Shown here in pieces: positions 1 through 12,846 of a stretch of DNA of 64,000 bases. Each line of letters starts with the position of its first letter. The first letter of the stretch is position 1. The stretch comes from Blasia pusilla. Taxonomy: Eukaryota. Under the pieces are notes generated by a model, which saw only the letters and a list, made by a program, of their open reading frames with translations, ran no database searches and was not told the DNA's origin. Location: NCBI GenBank assembly GCA_050084515.1, contig CM114271.1, positions 30,380,001 to 30,444,000 of the forward strand, read 5' to 3'. The position numbers were made by a program, and so were the translations under genes.

Positions 1-2479
1 CATCACACTCTAGTGCAAACTTCTTGCTCGACGCGGTTACACATGCTCAGTGGCTAAGCGTCGAAGCTCCTCAATCAAGCCCCAAAGCGACACCTCTCCT
101 CCTTGGACTGATACGGCTACTATGACACTCCTCTCCATAGAAATGTCAAGAACAGGAGTATCCTCTGCGTGGACATGTCCCTCAATCAAATCACTAGGCC
201 AAGTGATGGCACTGCTAAATGCTGCTAAGGTCGCCATCTCTCCACGCCGTCGCTCGATCATTGCACCTGTGAATTGAATGGGTGATGACTTAAGGCGCCC
301 ATCACCTGACTGCCATCCTGGTCTGTAGGACGCTGACTATTCCCAATAATCAAGGGAAAACCCCATCGGGTATAAATATTGCTCCACCAACCAAGACGTC
401 GTAGGACTCTGCATCAGTCATTATTGCCTTGGCTTGCACCACGGACTGATTTGTAGGATGTCCCTGGCGAATCCTCACTATGACCTCCTGTCGGGTGATA
501 AATTGTGTGGTACTTGCTCCACCCAAGGATGTCTCTATCTGGAATGGATAACGCTCCACATTGGCTCTCCTCAAGCCTAATCCTCTTAATGACGCTTTCC
601 CCAACATCATGGGTTGTGCTCTTTAATCCAACAAGAGGCAGTGCGGACTAAAAGCTCTACCTCATGGACTCATCAACTGGAAGACCTCTCCCCGGTTATC
701 TAGCAAAAAAACACCAGGAGAAGCCATGGCACGCTCTATCGCGGGTCTAGCGGGCATTTCCGTCATCCTAGTAGTCGCAGCCTGCCATGAATCTTACGTG
801 GATAGTCCAAGCATCAGCTCTAAGGGCAGGTCCATCACCTCCTCTGCAATCACCTATGAACGTGATGCAAGAACTCCAACTCCACGCTCATATAGCCTAG
901 CGGCCAGCCTCGGTGGACGTACCTCCCAACGTCATAACATCGGAAGCAGAAAATAAAGGAGCTCGGTACACAATGGTGGTCGCCCCCAACAACGTGCTCG
1001 ACACATGCCCCTCCTGAGCATCAGCAATAGGAGTCGTCGCACTCGCTTCTCTCATCGCCCTCCATGCCTGCACACCAACAACATCACCAACTCTCGAGGA
1101 ACTCTGATAAGGACCCATCAATGGGGTTCTCATCGCCTAGGACAACGTGAAAGACTAAGGAAGCCTAGTCTGTTACTTGGCTTTCCCTCGCTATGGATCC
1201 AACTCTGCGGCTGCTCCATGCATCACAACTGCATTGGCCTCCATTTGGGCAACTACGCACATCTAACCAAGATCCTCTATATCTCTGGATGCTCCATATG
1301 ATGTCGATGCCACGGATCTGGCATCGGGTAACCTCAATTCCATAGCGGCAATCTGCTCCTCTAGATGCTGTATCCGAGTAGCCATCCCAGCCTCATGCCG
1401 AGCGTCTCCCTCAACACGTCTAGGTGGTGGGACTCTACCTCCTCCATGGGCAGATCCACCACCCTGTCGGGCAACTCCAGCTCCTTGTCCCCCAACGGGA
1501 CCACCTGTTGGACTATCTCTAGGCACACGTGGATCGGCTACTCGCTCTGGTGCCCTCTCTGGCCCTCGGTCCGGACGTAACTCAGGGTGTAAACTAAAAC
1601 ACGTGGCACATGTGTGACCATATCTCTGAAAATAGTCACACTGATAACCTCTTGGTGCATGTTGTGCGTATATATATCGCTACACAACATACATCGTTGG
1701 TCACATCTATACCACACAACATCGATCTTCTCCCCACACGGGTAGATCCAGACATGTATAAAAATTAACTCATACATATACATGGAGATCACACAACAAA
1801 AATAAAGAGTAGTAAAAACGGCACACTCGGCCTAAAACTCCACTCCTCAATCTACATCGGCATATCGAGCCTCGTCCACCCTACGTTATCAAGGAATCCG
1901 GACGCTAGCACCCTAGTCCTATCTCACACACATACAAGAGAGGTCCTCCAACGGCCCAACATAAGAAAGATGCCTTAGGAAAGCCATCTTCCTCTCTTAT
2001 ATAGGGTTGGGCTCTTCCTCTACAAATATCCATCCCCTTGGTAACGTGTACGCACAGGTTACGAGGGGCGGGTGACCTAGTCAACAAGTCACCCGGTTGT
2101 GAAAGACCTAAACAGGAAAGTTGTCAGAAACAATATTTTTGACACAATGGACCTATCCTCAACCTCATCTGATAGAGTGGGACAAAGTTACACTCAAGAT
2201 AGTCCGCTGGCTCCTACGTCCTATCCACGATAGATCTCGGCCTATTGGCTCCTTAGATGTGATAGTTGTCCTGCGTATACATATCGCTACACAACATACA
2301 TCGTTGGTCACATCTACACCACACAACACTGATCTTCCCCACATACGGGTAGATCCAGACATGTACATAAATCAACTCATACATATATATGGAGATCACA
2401 CAACCGCCCCCCTAGTTGGCACTTGGATTCCCCTAACTCCAGATAGAAAATATCACATCTCTTTGACATGACCTACTAC

Positions 2480-3890
2480 CCTGTACACATCTCGGACACA
2501 TCCATCGTCTCGTGGGAAGTACATCAGGAGGGGGATTCAGACATAAAATATGCCACCCTCAAGAACAACCATCACATACCAACATGGTGGCTGCATCCCT
2601 CTCAGATCCGCACAACATACACCTCAAGCCTGCATGTACCACCGCCAAGCTCGAATCCACTGTCTCATCTACGTTTGGAAGATGACATGGTGCACAATTG
2701 TGCACATGATCCTTCCAAACCATACCAACCCGTCCCTCCAACATGAGGACTCCGGTCGGTAATACCTTGCGCCCACGTAGGATCGTGTGCCCTGCAGTGA
2801 CATCTAGCGTCGTGGGTGCCGCCTGCTATAAATACACGTAATCTCCTAATCCCTGGACGATAACCTCCTCCACGAATGGTTGCATACCTCAATGTACTAA
2901 GCACACGATCTAGAAATACATAAGTTGTTCCTTCGCTTGCCTTGTCCGGTAGTGCCACCAACTCTATCCACTTGGAGAAATGCTCCACCATGACCAACAC
3001 GTACTTATGATGATGCCCCGTCAATGACAAAGGTCCCGCAAAGTCTAAATTCCACTGATAATCTAAACCCATAATCGGCAAAGGATGTAACTGCGGAGTG
3101 GAAGCATTGAAGGATGCTCGCACTGTGTCACATACCATACATCTGGCCACAAACTGTTGTACGCGAGTATGCATGCCGCGCCACCAATAGTGAATCTAGA
3201 GTAAGCTATAAGTATGCTTCACTCCAAAATATCCCAACTCCTCATGGGCATGTCGCACTACACGTGCTCCTTGGGAAGGATGAGGTACCACTCGTATCCT
3301 ACCATCTCTCCATACCCGCAAAATGTGAGTCTCCTCCCACCTGAACCTCATGGCTCTCTGTAGGATCCGATCCCACTCCCTAGCACTCATTGTGCTTGCT
3401 ATGACGCCAATGCGCAAGAACTCCACAACCTCCACGTCGTCATGGATATCACGACCACGTGTTGCCTCCTCACTGACATCCGTATCCAAAGACTCATCAT
3501 CCAACCCCACCACTGGAGTCATCACCTGCAACTGACCTACAATAGTCAACCAACAAAGATAAGCAGATGCATGCCAACCGGGCACCATCTCCTCATCATT
3601 TTCTCCGTGCCATCGAGCTCCTGTGTTGTCGCTCTGACTCGGACATGGGTTACAACTAAACCAATCCGCATCGTGGTTCAGCCAACCTGGCCTGTGAACG
3701 ACCTCAAACTCATACTCCTGTAGTAATAGAGCCTACCCAGCAAGCTTTCTCGTAAGCTTGTCGGACTCCATCAACCACCTCAACGGCTGATGATCAGTGA
3801 TAAGTGTGAAAGGGTTGCCAAATAAATAGCACCTGAAATGTGCCACGGCCCACAGTGCAGCCAAGCACTCTCCCTCGTAGGAGGTGTACT
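2480..3890 (-). pseudogene. E1 RNase H C-terminus, DDE integrase and C-terminal PHD finger (frameshifted)
   Basis: SYEGECLAALWAVAHFRCYLFG/TDHQPL (RH); HAHEELGYFG...CMVC (HHCC); LDFAGPL...VMVEHFSKW (integrase core); CMLCG...MLVCDGC (PHD). Confidence 0.88.
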
Positions 3891-4974
3891 TCACCTCTGC
3901 AATGTCCTCTGTGGCTCTTGAGCAATCAGAGGCGCTCGTGGTCCTCTCCCATGCTGTGTGCAGTCTCTTTGCCTATGGGCCCCTCCACATGTCCAACAAG
4001 ACAACATCGATCCCTGTTGGGCAACATATGTAGGTATGGGTCGTTGCCTCATAGGCTCACGGTACCCCGCCTGCTCTCTCGACACACTCGCCCGCTCCGG
4101 TGGTACTGGTGCTCGCTGTGGCACTTGTGGGGTCATCGTCGCTTGTGGACCAGTCAACTCTCGAGAAAATCCATCGGTCACTACGTGCTCCTCACTCATG
4201 TTAAGCTCAATACGTTCAGACAACTTAAAGACCACCTTCAATGTGGGCTTCGCTGTGTGAATCAACACCGTATCTTCGACTCTCCTCCGTAGTTCTCGGT
4301 CCAGAATCCTGTACCAATACTAGACTGATTGCGCCTCAATCACTCCATACGTAGCAATGATGAGCCTCCTCAGGTGCATGAATGCCTCTCACAATCTCAC
4401 TCGATCGTCGTTGAAAATCTTGTAGACTCTTCAGCTTGTCGGTGCGTACGCCCTGGTAGCTCTTCCCCAACTGTCAGAAGAACTCCACTATGGGACTAAA
4501 GTTGGGTGGCCCTCTACCACCAGAGGTCTCTGCCACATTGCCAGTCTCACTGCCCTCCTCTCCATCTAGTCTCCGGGCTGATGGTGTGGGTCTCTCTCCT
4601 CTCACGATCCCATCATATGCCTCGCGACCACTAGTGGACACATACCCTGGAGCCCAATACATCCTCCAGGCATGAATCTCTACTGAATATAGTGATCGAA
4701 ACTCCATGTAGTCATCCATTGGAGGACTCTCCAAGTGCTGGAACAACCCCTTCCATGCCATGAAAGGGTTGAATCGTATCGGGGTCCGTATCTCCTGGAA
4801 GTCGCACCACGTGTCAAACTTCTGGATAAAATCATCTAAGTTGATGGTGCCCACTGCACCTGAGGAACAACACATGCCCCGATGACCCATGTCGTCCATC
4901 TCTTGCCAAGTGATACTGCCTCCGTTTGATATCTCGTCACCAGACCCCATGTCTAGTGATGACGATCCAGCCAC
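3891..4974 (-). pseudogene. E1 gag (degenerate) with CCHC zinc knuckle
   Basis: ORFs 4474..4974 and 3891..4268 contain CWTCGGAHRQRDC and are nearly identical to the gag at 51276-52200. Confidence 0.8.
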
Positions 4975-7900
4975 GGATGGATGTCGAGGTAGCTCCTCAC
5001 TCGTAACCTCTCAGTATCTCAATCCACTCCGTGTCACACCACTACTACTGCTCGCACTACCCCGTTCTTCCGAACCGTGGAAGAATGCCGTGATGACAAC
5101 CCTGTCTCACCTGCTCAAGCACTCAGACTCACCAAGAGTCTCCTACACTCCTCACTAGCTCACCTATTCTAACGTCAATCCCGTGATGACACACTTGGCC
5201 TCACGCACACTCAACACTCGGGCTCACCATAAGCCTCCCAACTGACTCACCTAACCTAGCGACACTCTTGGATCATACATGCGACCCCTACTCGGCAACC
5301 ACCGTATATCCACCACATGGTACACATGAAAAGAGTCTACACTTGTCATCATCACTACAGCCACCTAGCACCAGCTACTACCTGATACCCAACACTCTCA
5401 ATCACACACGAGAAGTGCGGAAAAAGGGACTCGAATGGGTAACCTAATCATTCCCATCAACCTACTGCACCGTTAACATCCCCTCCTCCATGTAATATGA
5501 TGAGGTAAGGGATGGCCCCGTGGCCGACTCCGCGCCCCATCCGCCTCCGCCTAAAATATGCCCTAGGTGCCTATGACCTAACCAAACCTAGCTGACCTCC
5601 TCAAGGCGACTGCAACTCCTACATGCTCTTTCCTTACACACCCGCTTGCATACACTCGACGCCACACTGCATGCTACACTTGGCTGTTGTCCCCCGTCAA
5701 TCTGCAACAAAGAAATCTGCAAAAAATGGACAGCGCTTTCGCGCACAGCCTTCTGAACACAAAATGACCAACAAAAAATGCCAACCAACGTCTTCAGGGC
5801 TTCCTACCAATGCAACTCGCTTGCCTACCTGTAAACAACAAATTCCCACCAGCCCCTTGACATCTTTCTCATGTAAAAATAAAGAGTAGTAAAAATGGCA
5901 CACCCGGCCTAAAACTCCACTCCTCAATCTACATCGGTATATCAAGCCTCATCCACCCTACGCTATCAAGGAATCCAGACGCTAGCACCCTAGTCCTATC
6001 TCACACATATACAAGAGAGGTCCTCCAACGGCCCAACACGAGAAAGATGCCTTAGGAAAGCCATCTTCCTCTCTTATATAGGGTTGGGCTCTTCCCCTAC
6101 AAATATCCATCCCCTTGGTAACGTGTGCGCACAGGTTACGAGGGGCGGGTGACCTGGTCAACAAGTCACCCGGCTCTGAAAGGCCTAAACAGGAAAGTTG
6201 TCAGAAACAATGTTTCTGACACAATGGACCTATCCTCAACCTCATTCGACAGAGTGGAACAAAGTTACACTCAAGATAGTCCCCTGGCTCCTATGCCCTA
6301 TCCACGATAGATCTCGGCCTATTAACTACTCAGATGTGACATGCAGCACCATCTCCTCCGCCACGCTGAGGCACACGTCCATGACCCTAATGAGTGCAAT
6401 CGCGCTCATGATGGGCTCTACCACATGACCAAAAAGTAATCGTATGCCGCTGCTGCTAAGCCGCATATGAAAGCGCAGGTCTCTATGGCACGGCCTCCCG
6501 ATATCCTCCTTGAGCTCGTGGTGCCACAGTCAACCTATCTCCGAGTCCACGTTGCTGCACAGGTGGTGAAGACTATCATGTCAGCTCTCGCCCAAAACCC
6601 ATGGCGGCTACGCTCTCCTCCGCCATGTTGCGCTCAATATTCTCGGCGGTCCTAAAAACATCTCTCAACGTAGGGGAGGTGTTCATAAGAAGCACCCCCT
6701 CCCGCACTCATGTCCGCAGGGTCCGGTCCAGCATCACGTACCATGAGTGGATAGCTTGAGCCTCTGTCACCCCCTGAGTGACGTTCATCAACCGGCGCAA
6801 GCGAGTGTAAGCCTCAGGCAAACTCTTACCCGGGCGCCTCTGGAAGTCATGGATGTTCTGCAACTTCTCCGTCCGTACCCCCTGGTAGCTCGCCCTCAAC
6901 TCAACGAAGAACTCAACCACGGGGTTGAACTTGGGACGAACCCGACTAGATGGTGGAGCTTCTCCAGTGTGAGTGACCCCTCCTAAAACATCACTGGTGG
7001 AAGAGGAAGTAGCCTCTCTTGACTCCTCCTCCTCATCTGGGAACGGCTCCGTCCATGACACACACTGTGGGTCATAGTAGAGTCGCCATGCCTCAATCTC
7101 TTGGGCATATCCAAATCTCGCGAGTAATCCATCAATCACTCAAACTAAACATGCGGCACTCAATCTACACTCTCTCACTAAGACGTGTGTTGTGCGGAAA
7201 CAAGCAGCGTGGTGCGGAAAATCAACTGATCTATCGTCTTATCGACAAACCATCCTCAACCCTGGACATCCCACACAAGTCTATGTCCCCTAAACCCATA
7301 CATCATCGATTCTCTCAACATTAGCATAAAACCCAATATCCCAAATAACTTCCCAATACTCGGAAATCCTTCACACGTGCAGGGTAAGAAACCAGAATGG
7401 GTAAGTTGACAAGAATGTCGATGTCGCTCCTCGGCAACTGCAAATCTCGACCCCAACTTGATCGTGAAGACAACTCCTCCAATCAGCAAGTCGTACTCCT
7501 CTTGTACTAACGCTGCTCAAACCTCCTCAATGTGCGGTGTAGGTCCAACGGTCTGGTGCGGCACTAGCGGCACGGAACGGCTACAAACAGTACGTCACTT
7601 GGGAATGGGGTACGGCACTCGGCGGCATACCCTCCTCAATCAGCAATTCACAAGCTCCGCTCCTTAGTAAAGGAGCGGCTCCGCGATCGAGATGGTGCGG
7701 TGCGGCCACGATTGGCATGGCGCGGCAATCGGCAGCGCGTTGTGGCTATGGGCGTCACTTCAAGATACTCGATCGTCGTCAAGCGGCTTCCAATCATAAC
7801 ATGGTAGCATGAAATGAAAACTCAAACACCATAACCCGAGGTCACCTACCATCACTGATTGATGATGAAACTACGATGACGGTGGTGGCCAAAATAAAGT

Positions 7901-8799
7901 ACGTGGTGGCGGCGCAAGTCAGAGAATCAACGGTCGTTGTGGAAGACCTTCCACTCCGTAATAGCGGCAATGGCAACCAAGGGTGGACAACGCTCGATGG
8001 TGGACCATGGACCATTCACGGTGACGATTGACCGTTGATGATGATGGTTGACCGTCGATAGTGACTATGACGGCGACAGCCGCCGTCGGCACGGCGGGTG
8101 GTTTAGGGTTTGAACAATTTAACCCTAAAAATTACCTAGCAATGGCAGTTTTGCAAGATTAACCATAACTTCTTGCTTACAACTCCAAATTATGCACTGT
8201 CTATTGCACAACATGCACAACTTCATGACCTATGACGACATCATAAATTGTTTTCAATCAGGAATTCTTGTAAAAATTGACGGGGACTGTCGTAAAGCCC
8301 AACGTCTCTTTCTCCTACACAAAATTTGGCAGCACTTCCGCGCTAATTTCTCCCCAAAAAAAGTAAGACCTATGAGAACACAAATCAGCAAGCTACATGG
8401 TGCTCTCGAGAGCACTGGCATGAAGCAATCCTTCCCCATACTCAATTCCTATCGAAAATTGGCCAGCGCTTCCGCGTGCCAATCTCCCGTACAAAAAATC
8501 AGCAAAACAAAATAGCAAACTCGCACGGCTCTTGCTCCGGTGAGCACTCCCATGAGCCATGAAGTGGGGAACACGGTCCCCCAACCATGAAGCTCCCCCA
8601 TGAAGCTCTCTCACTCACTCATTCTTTCTTTATAGAATAAGATCCAATCTCTCTCACAACACCATAGTTCTCACATGTCTCTCTCAATGTCAAACCAAAC
8701 CCACTCTCCTAATGAGAGGCTTGGGTTACACTCATAAGGCAACGGACCATAGCTCCGCCGCCTCATGCCAAGAGGTTCAAAAAATAGAGAATAAGATCT

Positions 8800-8803
<4 letters not shown>

Positions 8804-8888
<85 letters not shown>
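8804..8888. repeat. (CT)n microsatellite inside the A repeat of E0
   Basis: Pure CT run; the paralogous copy at ~29745 has only a short GA run. Confidence 0.95.
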
Positions 8889-8890
<2 letters not shown>

Positions 8891-10289
8891 TGAGGTTTAC
8901 CCCTCCCCTCTATCATGACCATACATATTATGTCGTAGAGTATAGTGTGCTAGTAGAGGTCATACCTTATGTAGGGCCGCAGTGTCTAGGTAGAGATGCG
9001 ATTTCATACATAGGGTTGGGGTTACTCAGTTGAGGGTGAGTTTTCTAGTAGGGCCCGCTCTTAGGTTGGAGGATATAAGATGGAGTGCACTCAAAGAACA
9101 GTCAATTCTTTGAGTTGAGCCTGTTGCGTTGGGAGTTAGCCTTGGTAGTGAGTAGAGCTCTTGGCTATGGTGTTTCCGCAAGCTTCGACCTAGATTCTCC
9201 CATCGTGGAGTGGGATTGTATGTGATTCTACACGTGTTTTATGATAGTAGGTCTTTCACAAATTTCACTCAAAGAACTGGAGTCGATCGATGGTAGCTTC
9301 GATTGTGGATCAGTAGGATCTTGTTAGGGCTGATTTTGTACTCGGCCGTGGATGTTCGTGGCTTGTGGCCTATGTTGGAGGTTTCAATCTGGTGTGTGAT
9401 TGGTTGGGAAAGAAGCGCCTTGTTGAGAGCTTTGCAATGTGCTTTAGATCGCCGGATTTCGTCAAGGGAGTTGGAAGTTATCAAGGATTGAAGATTCTGG
9501 TTCGTGTTTGACGGTTTTCTGATGCGGAGAGCTTGGAGTGCGGAAGCTCTGTTGAAGTTCATCCAGATCGGGTGAGAGGTTCCTGTTGCTTCTTGTATTG
9601 TGATCTCATGTGAAGCTATCTGCTTGAGTGTGTGGAGCGTTGCGGATTTCTGCGTGCATGGCGGGCGGAAGCGCCGGCGGATTTGCGATCTCGGAGGTGT
9701 ATGGACAGCAAGTTTGTCTGATTTTTAGCTCGGAGTACAGAGCTTGGTTGTAGCTGATTTTTTGTGGAGAGATAGCTATGGTGGTCAATTGAATTTTGGT
9801 TGAAATAGATTCAATTTTGGTCAAGGATTTGTGAAGTAATTGGTGATCAAAATTTTGTGGACTAGCTCAAGGTCTAGCTATGGTGGACTGCGGATCGGAG
9901 GGGCTGGTTGGTTTGTGACTCGTTCATTGTTGGAGACGCCTATCCCATTGGGGGCACCCTGGGTGGGCCTCTCTCCATAGTGAAGCATGGCGAAGCGTGG
10001 CGAACGGGGCGAGACTTTTTGGAGGGTAATGTTTATGCTATGGATTCTCCAATGCATGAGGAGGTAGAGGAGGTCCCTATTTCTGCAGCAGTGGCATCCT
10101 CATCGTTGGATGTGCCACTTTGGAGTTCAGGCGGTGCACAACGGCAAGAGGCTGATTGCCTAGTGCAGGAGGCTGGGTGTGAGGCTGTTATACCTCACGA
10201 GGAAGAGGAGGCCCCACGGCGGACTCCTACTTCTGGTCCACTTGGGTTATCCCCTTTGGATACTACACCCATTGTATGGCAGTATCCGC

Positions 10290-11260
10290 CGGAGGGCATT
10301 TGTGTGTTAGATCTCTTTGGTGGGATTAGCACTGGTTTGGCTACAGTGTTGCAGGCCGGTATTCTTGTGCGGAGATACGTGTATGTGGAGCGAGATGAGA
10401 CGGCCCAGAGAGTCTCATCCCGACATATCGGTCAGTTGATGCGGAGATATCCTGAGTTGTTGCCGCCATTAGCTATTCGTGGGTACCAGCGTGCTTTGCC
10501 GTCACACATTGCATTGTTAGGGGCGCAGGACCTTGAGAGGGTTGGTCTTGTGGATTTGGTGATTGTTGAATGGCCATGTCAGGGTCATACACGTGCTGGT
10601 CGTGGTGAGGGATTACACGACCCTAGGTCTCGATTGTTTTGGGAGATGTTACGGGTGTTACGACATCTTCAAGTTCATCAGGCACGTGCTCTAGCTTACA
10701 TTCTGGAGAATGTTCCATTGTTGGGTGACACTCGGACCCAGATGATGGCGAGTGTTCATGAGGTGCGGTCTTGGATTGGACCAACGGTGTTGTTGGATGC
10801 AGCGCGAGTTGGCTCACGTGCACATCGTCCACGCTTGTGGTGGACAAACTTGTTGCCTAGATAGGTTCTACGTCGAGCATATGATGTAGTGCAGCGGGAT
10901 CCTTGCCTTACAGTAGATAGTATCTTGGATACTGGGCGACTTTCTCATGTGGTGAGGGTTATTGATCGGTCACCCATGGCGGTGGTAAACCGTGTGGGCC
11001 AGCCTAGGATGGCACTACCCACATTTGTGAGTTTTCCCTCGTCACATGCATACAGGGAAGGTGGTCCCGGGCTTGTATGGGATTCTCATGTACGACAGTT
11101 GGTGGAGCCTAACGCTGATGAGAGACAGCGTGCGATGGGATTTGCTACTGGTGTGACAGCGGTTGCTTCCATTTCTAAGGCTTCACGACGTCATATGTTG
11201 GGTTAGGCCATGGACCTGAATTGTTTGACTTGGATTTTGAGTCTTGGTATGGCCGAGCAG
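10290..11260 (+). pseudogene. DNMT3-like C5 cytosine DNA methyltransferase domain within the E2 pol region
   Basis: Motif I VLDLFGGIST; motif IV DLVIVEWPCQG; motif VI ILENV; motif VIII AHRPRLWWTNL; motifs IX/X ERQRAMGF...RRHMLG*AMDL. In-frame TAG stops at 10862 and 11204. Confidence 0.9.
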
Positions 11261-11497
11261 CGTCGACTTTGGACTATGTATGTGGGTCTTCCACCCCTTG
11301 TAATGAGCTCGATGGCTACCGGGACGGTAGAGGCATCGGTTGGGGGCGAGGAGAGTAGTATTTTGCATCCTTGGAGTAAATGAGATGTAATGGTTGGGCA
11401 TGTGAAGTTGGTTGCTCATGCTGGTGGTGGAGTTATTTGCTCAGATGATGGTGTAGCTAAGGGTGTACCATCTTGTGAGGGGGTTGCGTAGTAGCCA

Positions 11498-12846
11498 ATG
11501 GCATCGTCCTCTCCCTCTAGTGTGCCAGTAGAGGAGACTTGGGAGCCATTACTTAGGCCCAAGCTTACGGGAGGTGAGAAACGATGCTTCACACAGTTCC
11601 TACGTGCTTATAGGAGTTGTTTTGCCTTTAGCATGAAAGAGTTGGGTTCTCTGGTTGGACCCGGTATACGGATTCATTTGGCTAGTGATACGCCAATCTT
11701 CCGTCGTCCCCACCGATATAGTGATATGGAGAGGGACCTGATTCAGAGTAGGACGTTGGACCTTTTGGAGGCTGGATTAGTGGAGTTGTCGGCAGGAAAG
11801 TGTAAGTTCTTCCATGAGGATGTTGAGTACTTGGGTCATGTGATTTATCCAGGTGGTTTGGGAGTTCAGCAAGCAAAGATGGAGGCTATTGCCCTTATTC
11901 CGTGTCCGGTAGATGTGAGTAGAGTTCGGGCATTCATGGGATTGGCGAACTACTATCGAAGGTATGTGAAGGGATTTAGTGCTATGGCAAAGCCTTTGAA
12001 CCAATTGCTGAAATCAGATCAAGAGTGGCAGTGGGGAGATGATCAGGAGAGAGCTTTTGTGGAGCTTAAGGCCCAATTGGTGGCGGCGTCTATCTTGAGG
12101 AGACCTATCAGAGGGTGCCAATTTCAGTTACAGATTGATTGGAGTAGGTTGGGACCTGGAGCGGTGTTGACACAACATGATGATGAGCACATGGAGTTTG
12201 TGGTGGCCTATGCAAGTCGTTCGAATAATGCAGCGGAGTCGCGCTATAGTTCATATGAGGGAGAGTGCTTGGCAGTAGTGTGGGCTGTGGCACACTTTAG
12301 GTGTTACTTGTTTGGTACAGAGATGTGGATGAGAGTGTGTTCTCATCGGGCAGAGCTCTTTCGGAGAGTTATGCCAACAGCCTTTGAGAATCTTGCCATT
12401 GCTCAACACAGGGATACGTTGCGATATGCAACCATTCGGGATGGAGGTTATCGACCATCTATTCATAGGTTCCATGTGGGGAACTATGTCTATTTGCAGC
12501 AGATTGCACCGACAACGTTGGATGTGACGGCAGGCCGCACTATTTTACGAGTGCGCGAGGTGTTAGCTTCTGGAGTTCTCATATTGGAGGGTCGTGATGG
12601 AGTTATTTGGAAGGACCATGTGCGTAATGGTGCGTCATGTCATCTTCCAAATGTGGATGGTACTGTTGACCCAAGCTTAGCCATGATACGTGCTAGCTTG
12701 AGGTGCATGTTGTGTGGAGTGCTAGCTAACGCTTGGCCCGTATGTTGGTGTGTGATCGGTGTTCTAGGGGTTGGCACATGATGTGTTTGACTCCACGTAT
12801 GGATTTTGTTCCTACTGGAAGGTGGGTTTGTCCTCGATGTACTTAG
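11498..12846 (+). pseudogene. E2 partial RT, RNase H, integrase C-terminus and PHD finger (two internal deletions)
   Basis: PIFRRP...LLEAGLVE fused directly to KCKFF...EYLGH (RT core lost); VRAFMGLANYYRR; VAYASRS...SYEGECLAVVWAV; integrase core missing. PHD CMLC...CDRC...WHMMC...WVCPRC* at 12704-12846 (one frameshift). Confidence 0.88.

Larger units (their letters stand above)
1660..6341 (-). mobile_element. Gypsy-type element E1 with split direct repeats A1-body-B1-A2-B2; internally deleted (no PR, DNMT or RT)
   Basis: A1 5875-6341 matches A2 1798-2264; B1 2267-2404 matches B2 1660-1797. Ends are TGTCAC...CACAACA. TSD TGCA at 1656-1659 and 6342-6345. PPT-like AGGGGGGCG lies just before B1. 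Confidence 0.92.

Noticed and set aside
1660-6341. True DIRS/PAT (tyrosine recombinase) element
   Set aside because: Integrase motifs are HHCC plus DDE-type, a TSD is present, and no tyrosine recombinase motifs were seen.
9908-11206. Host DNMT3/DRM gene or bacterial restriction-modification methylase
   Set aside because: Intronless, in line with pol, inside TSD-bounded termini, and repeated at the same position in E4; no endonuclease nearby.
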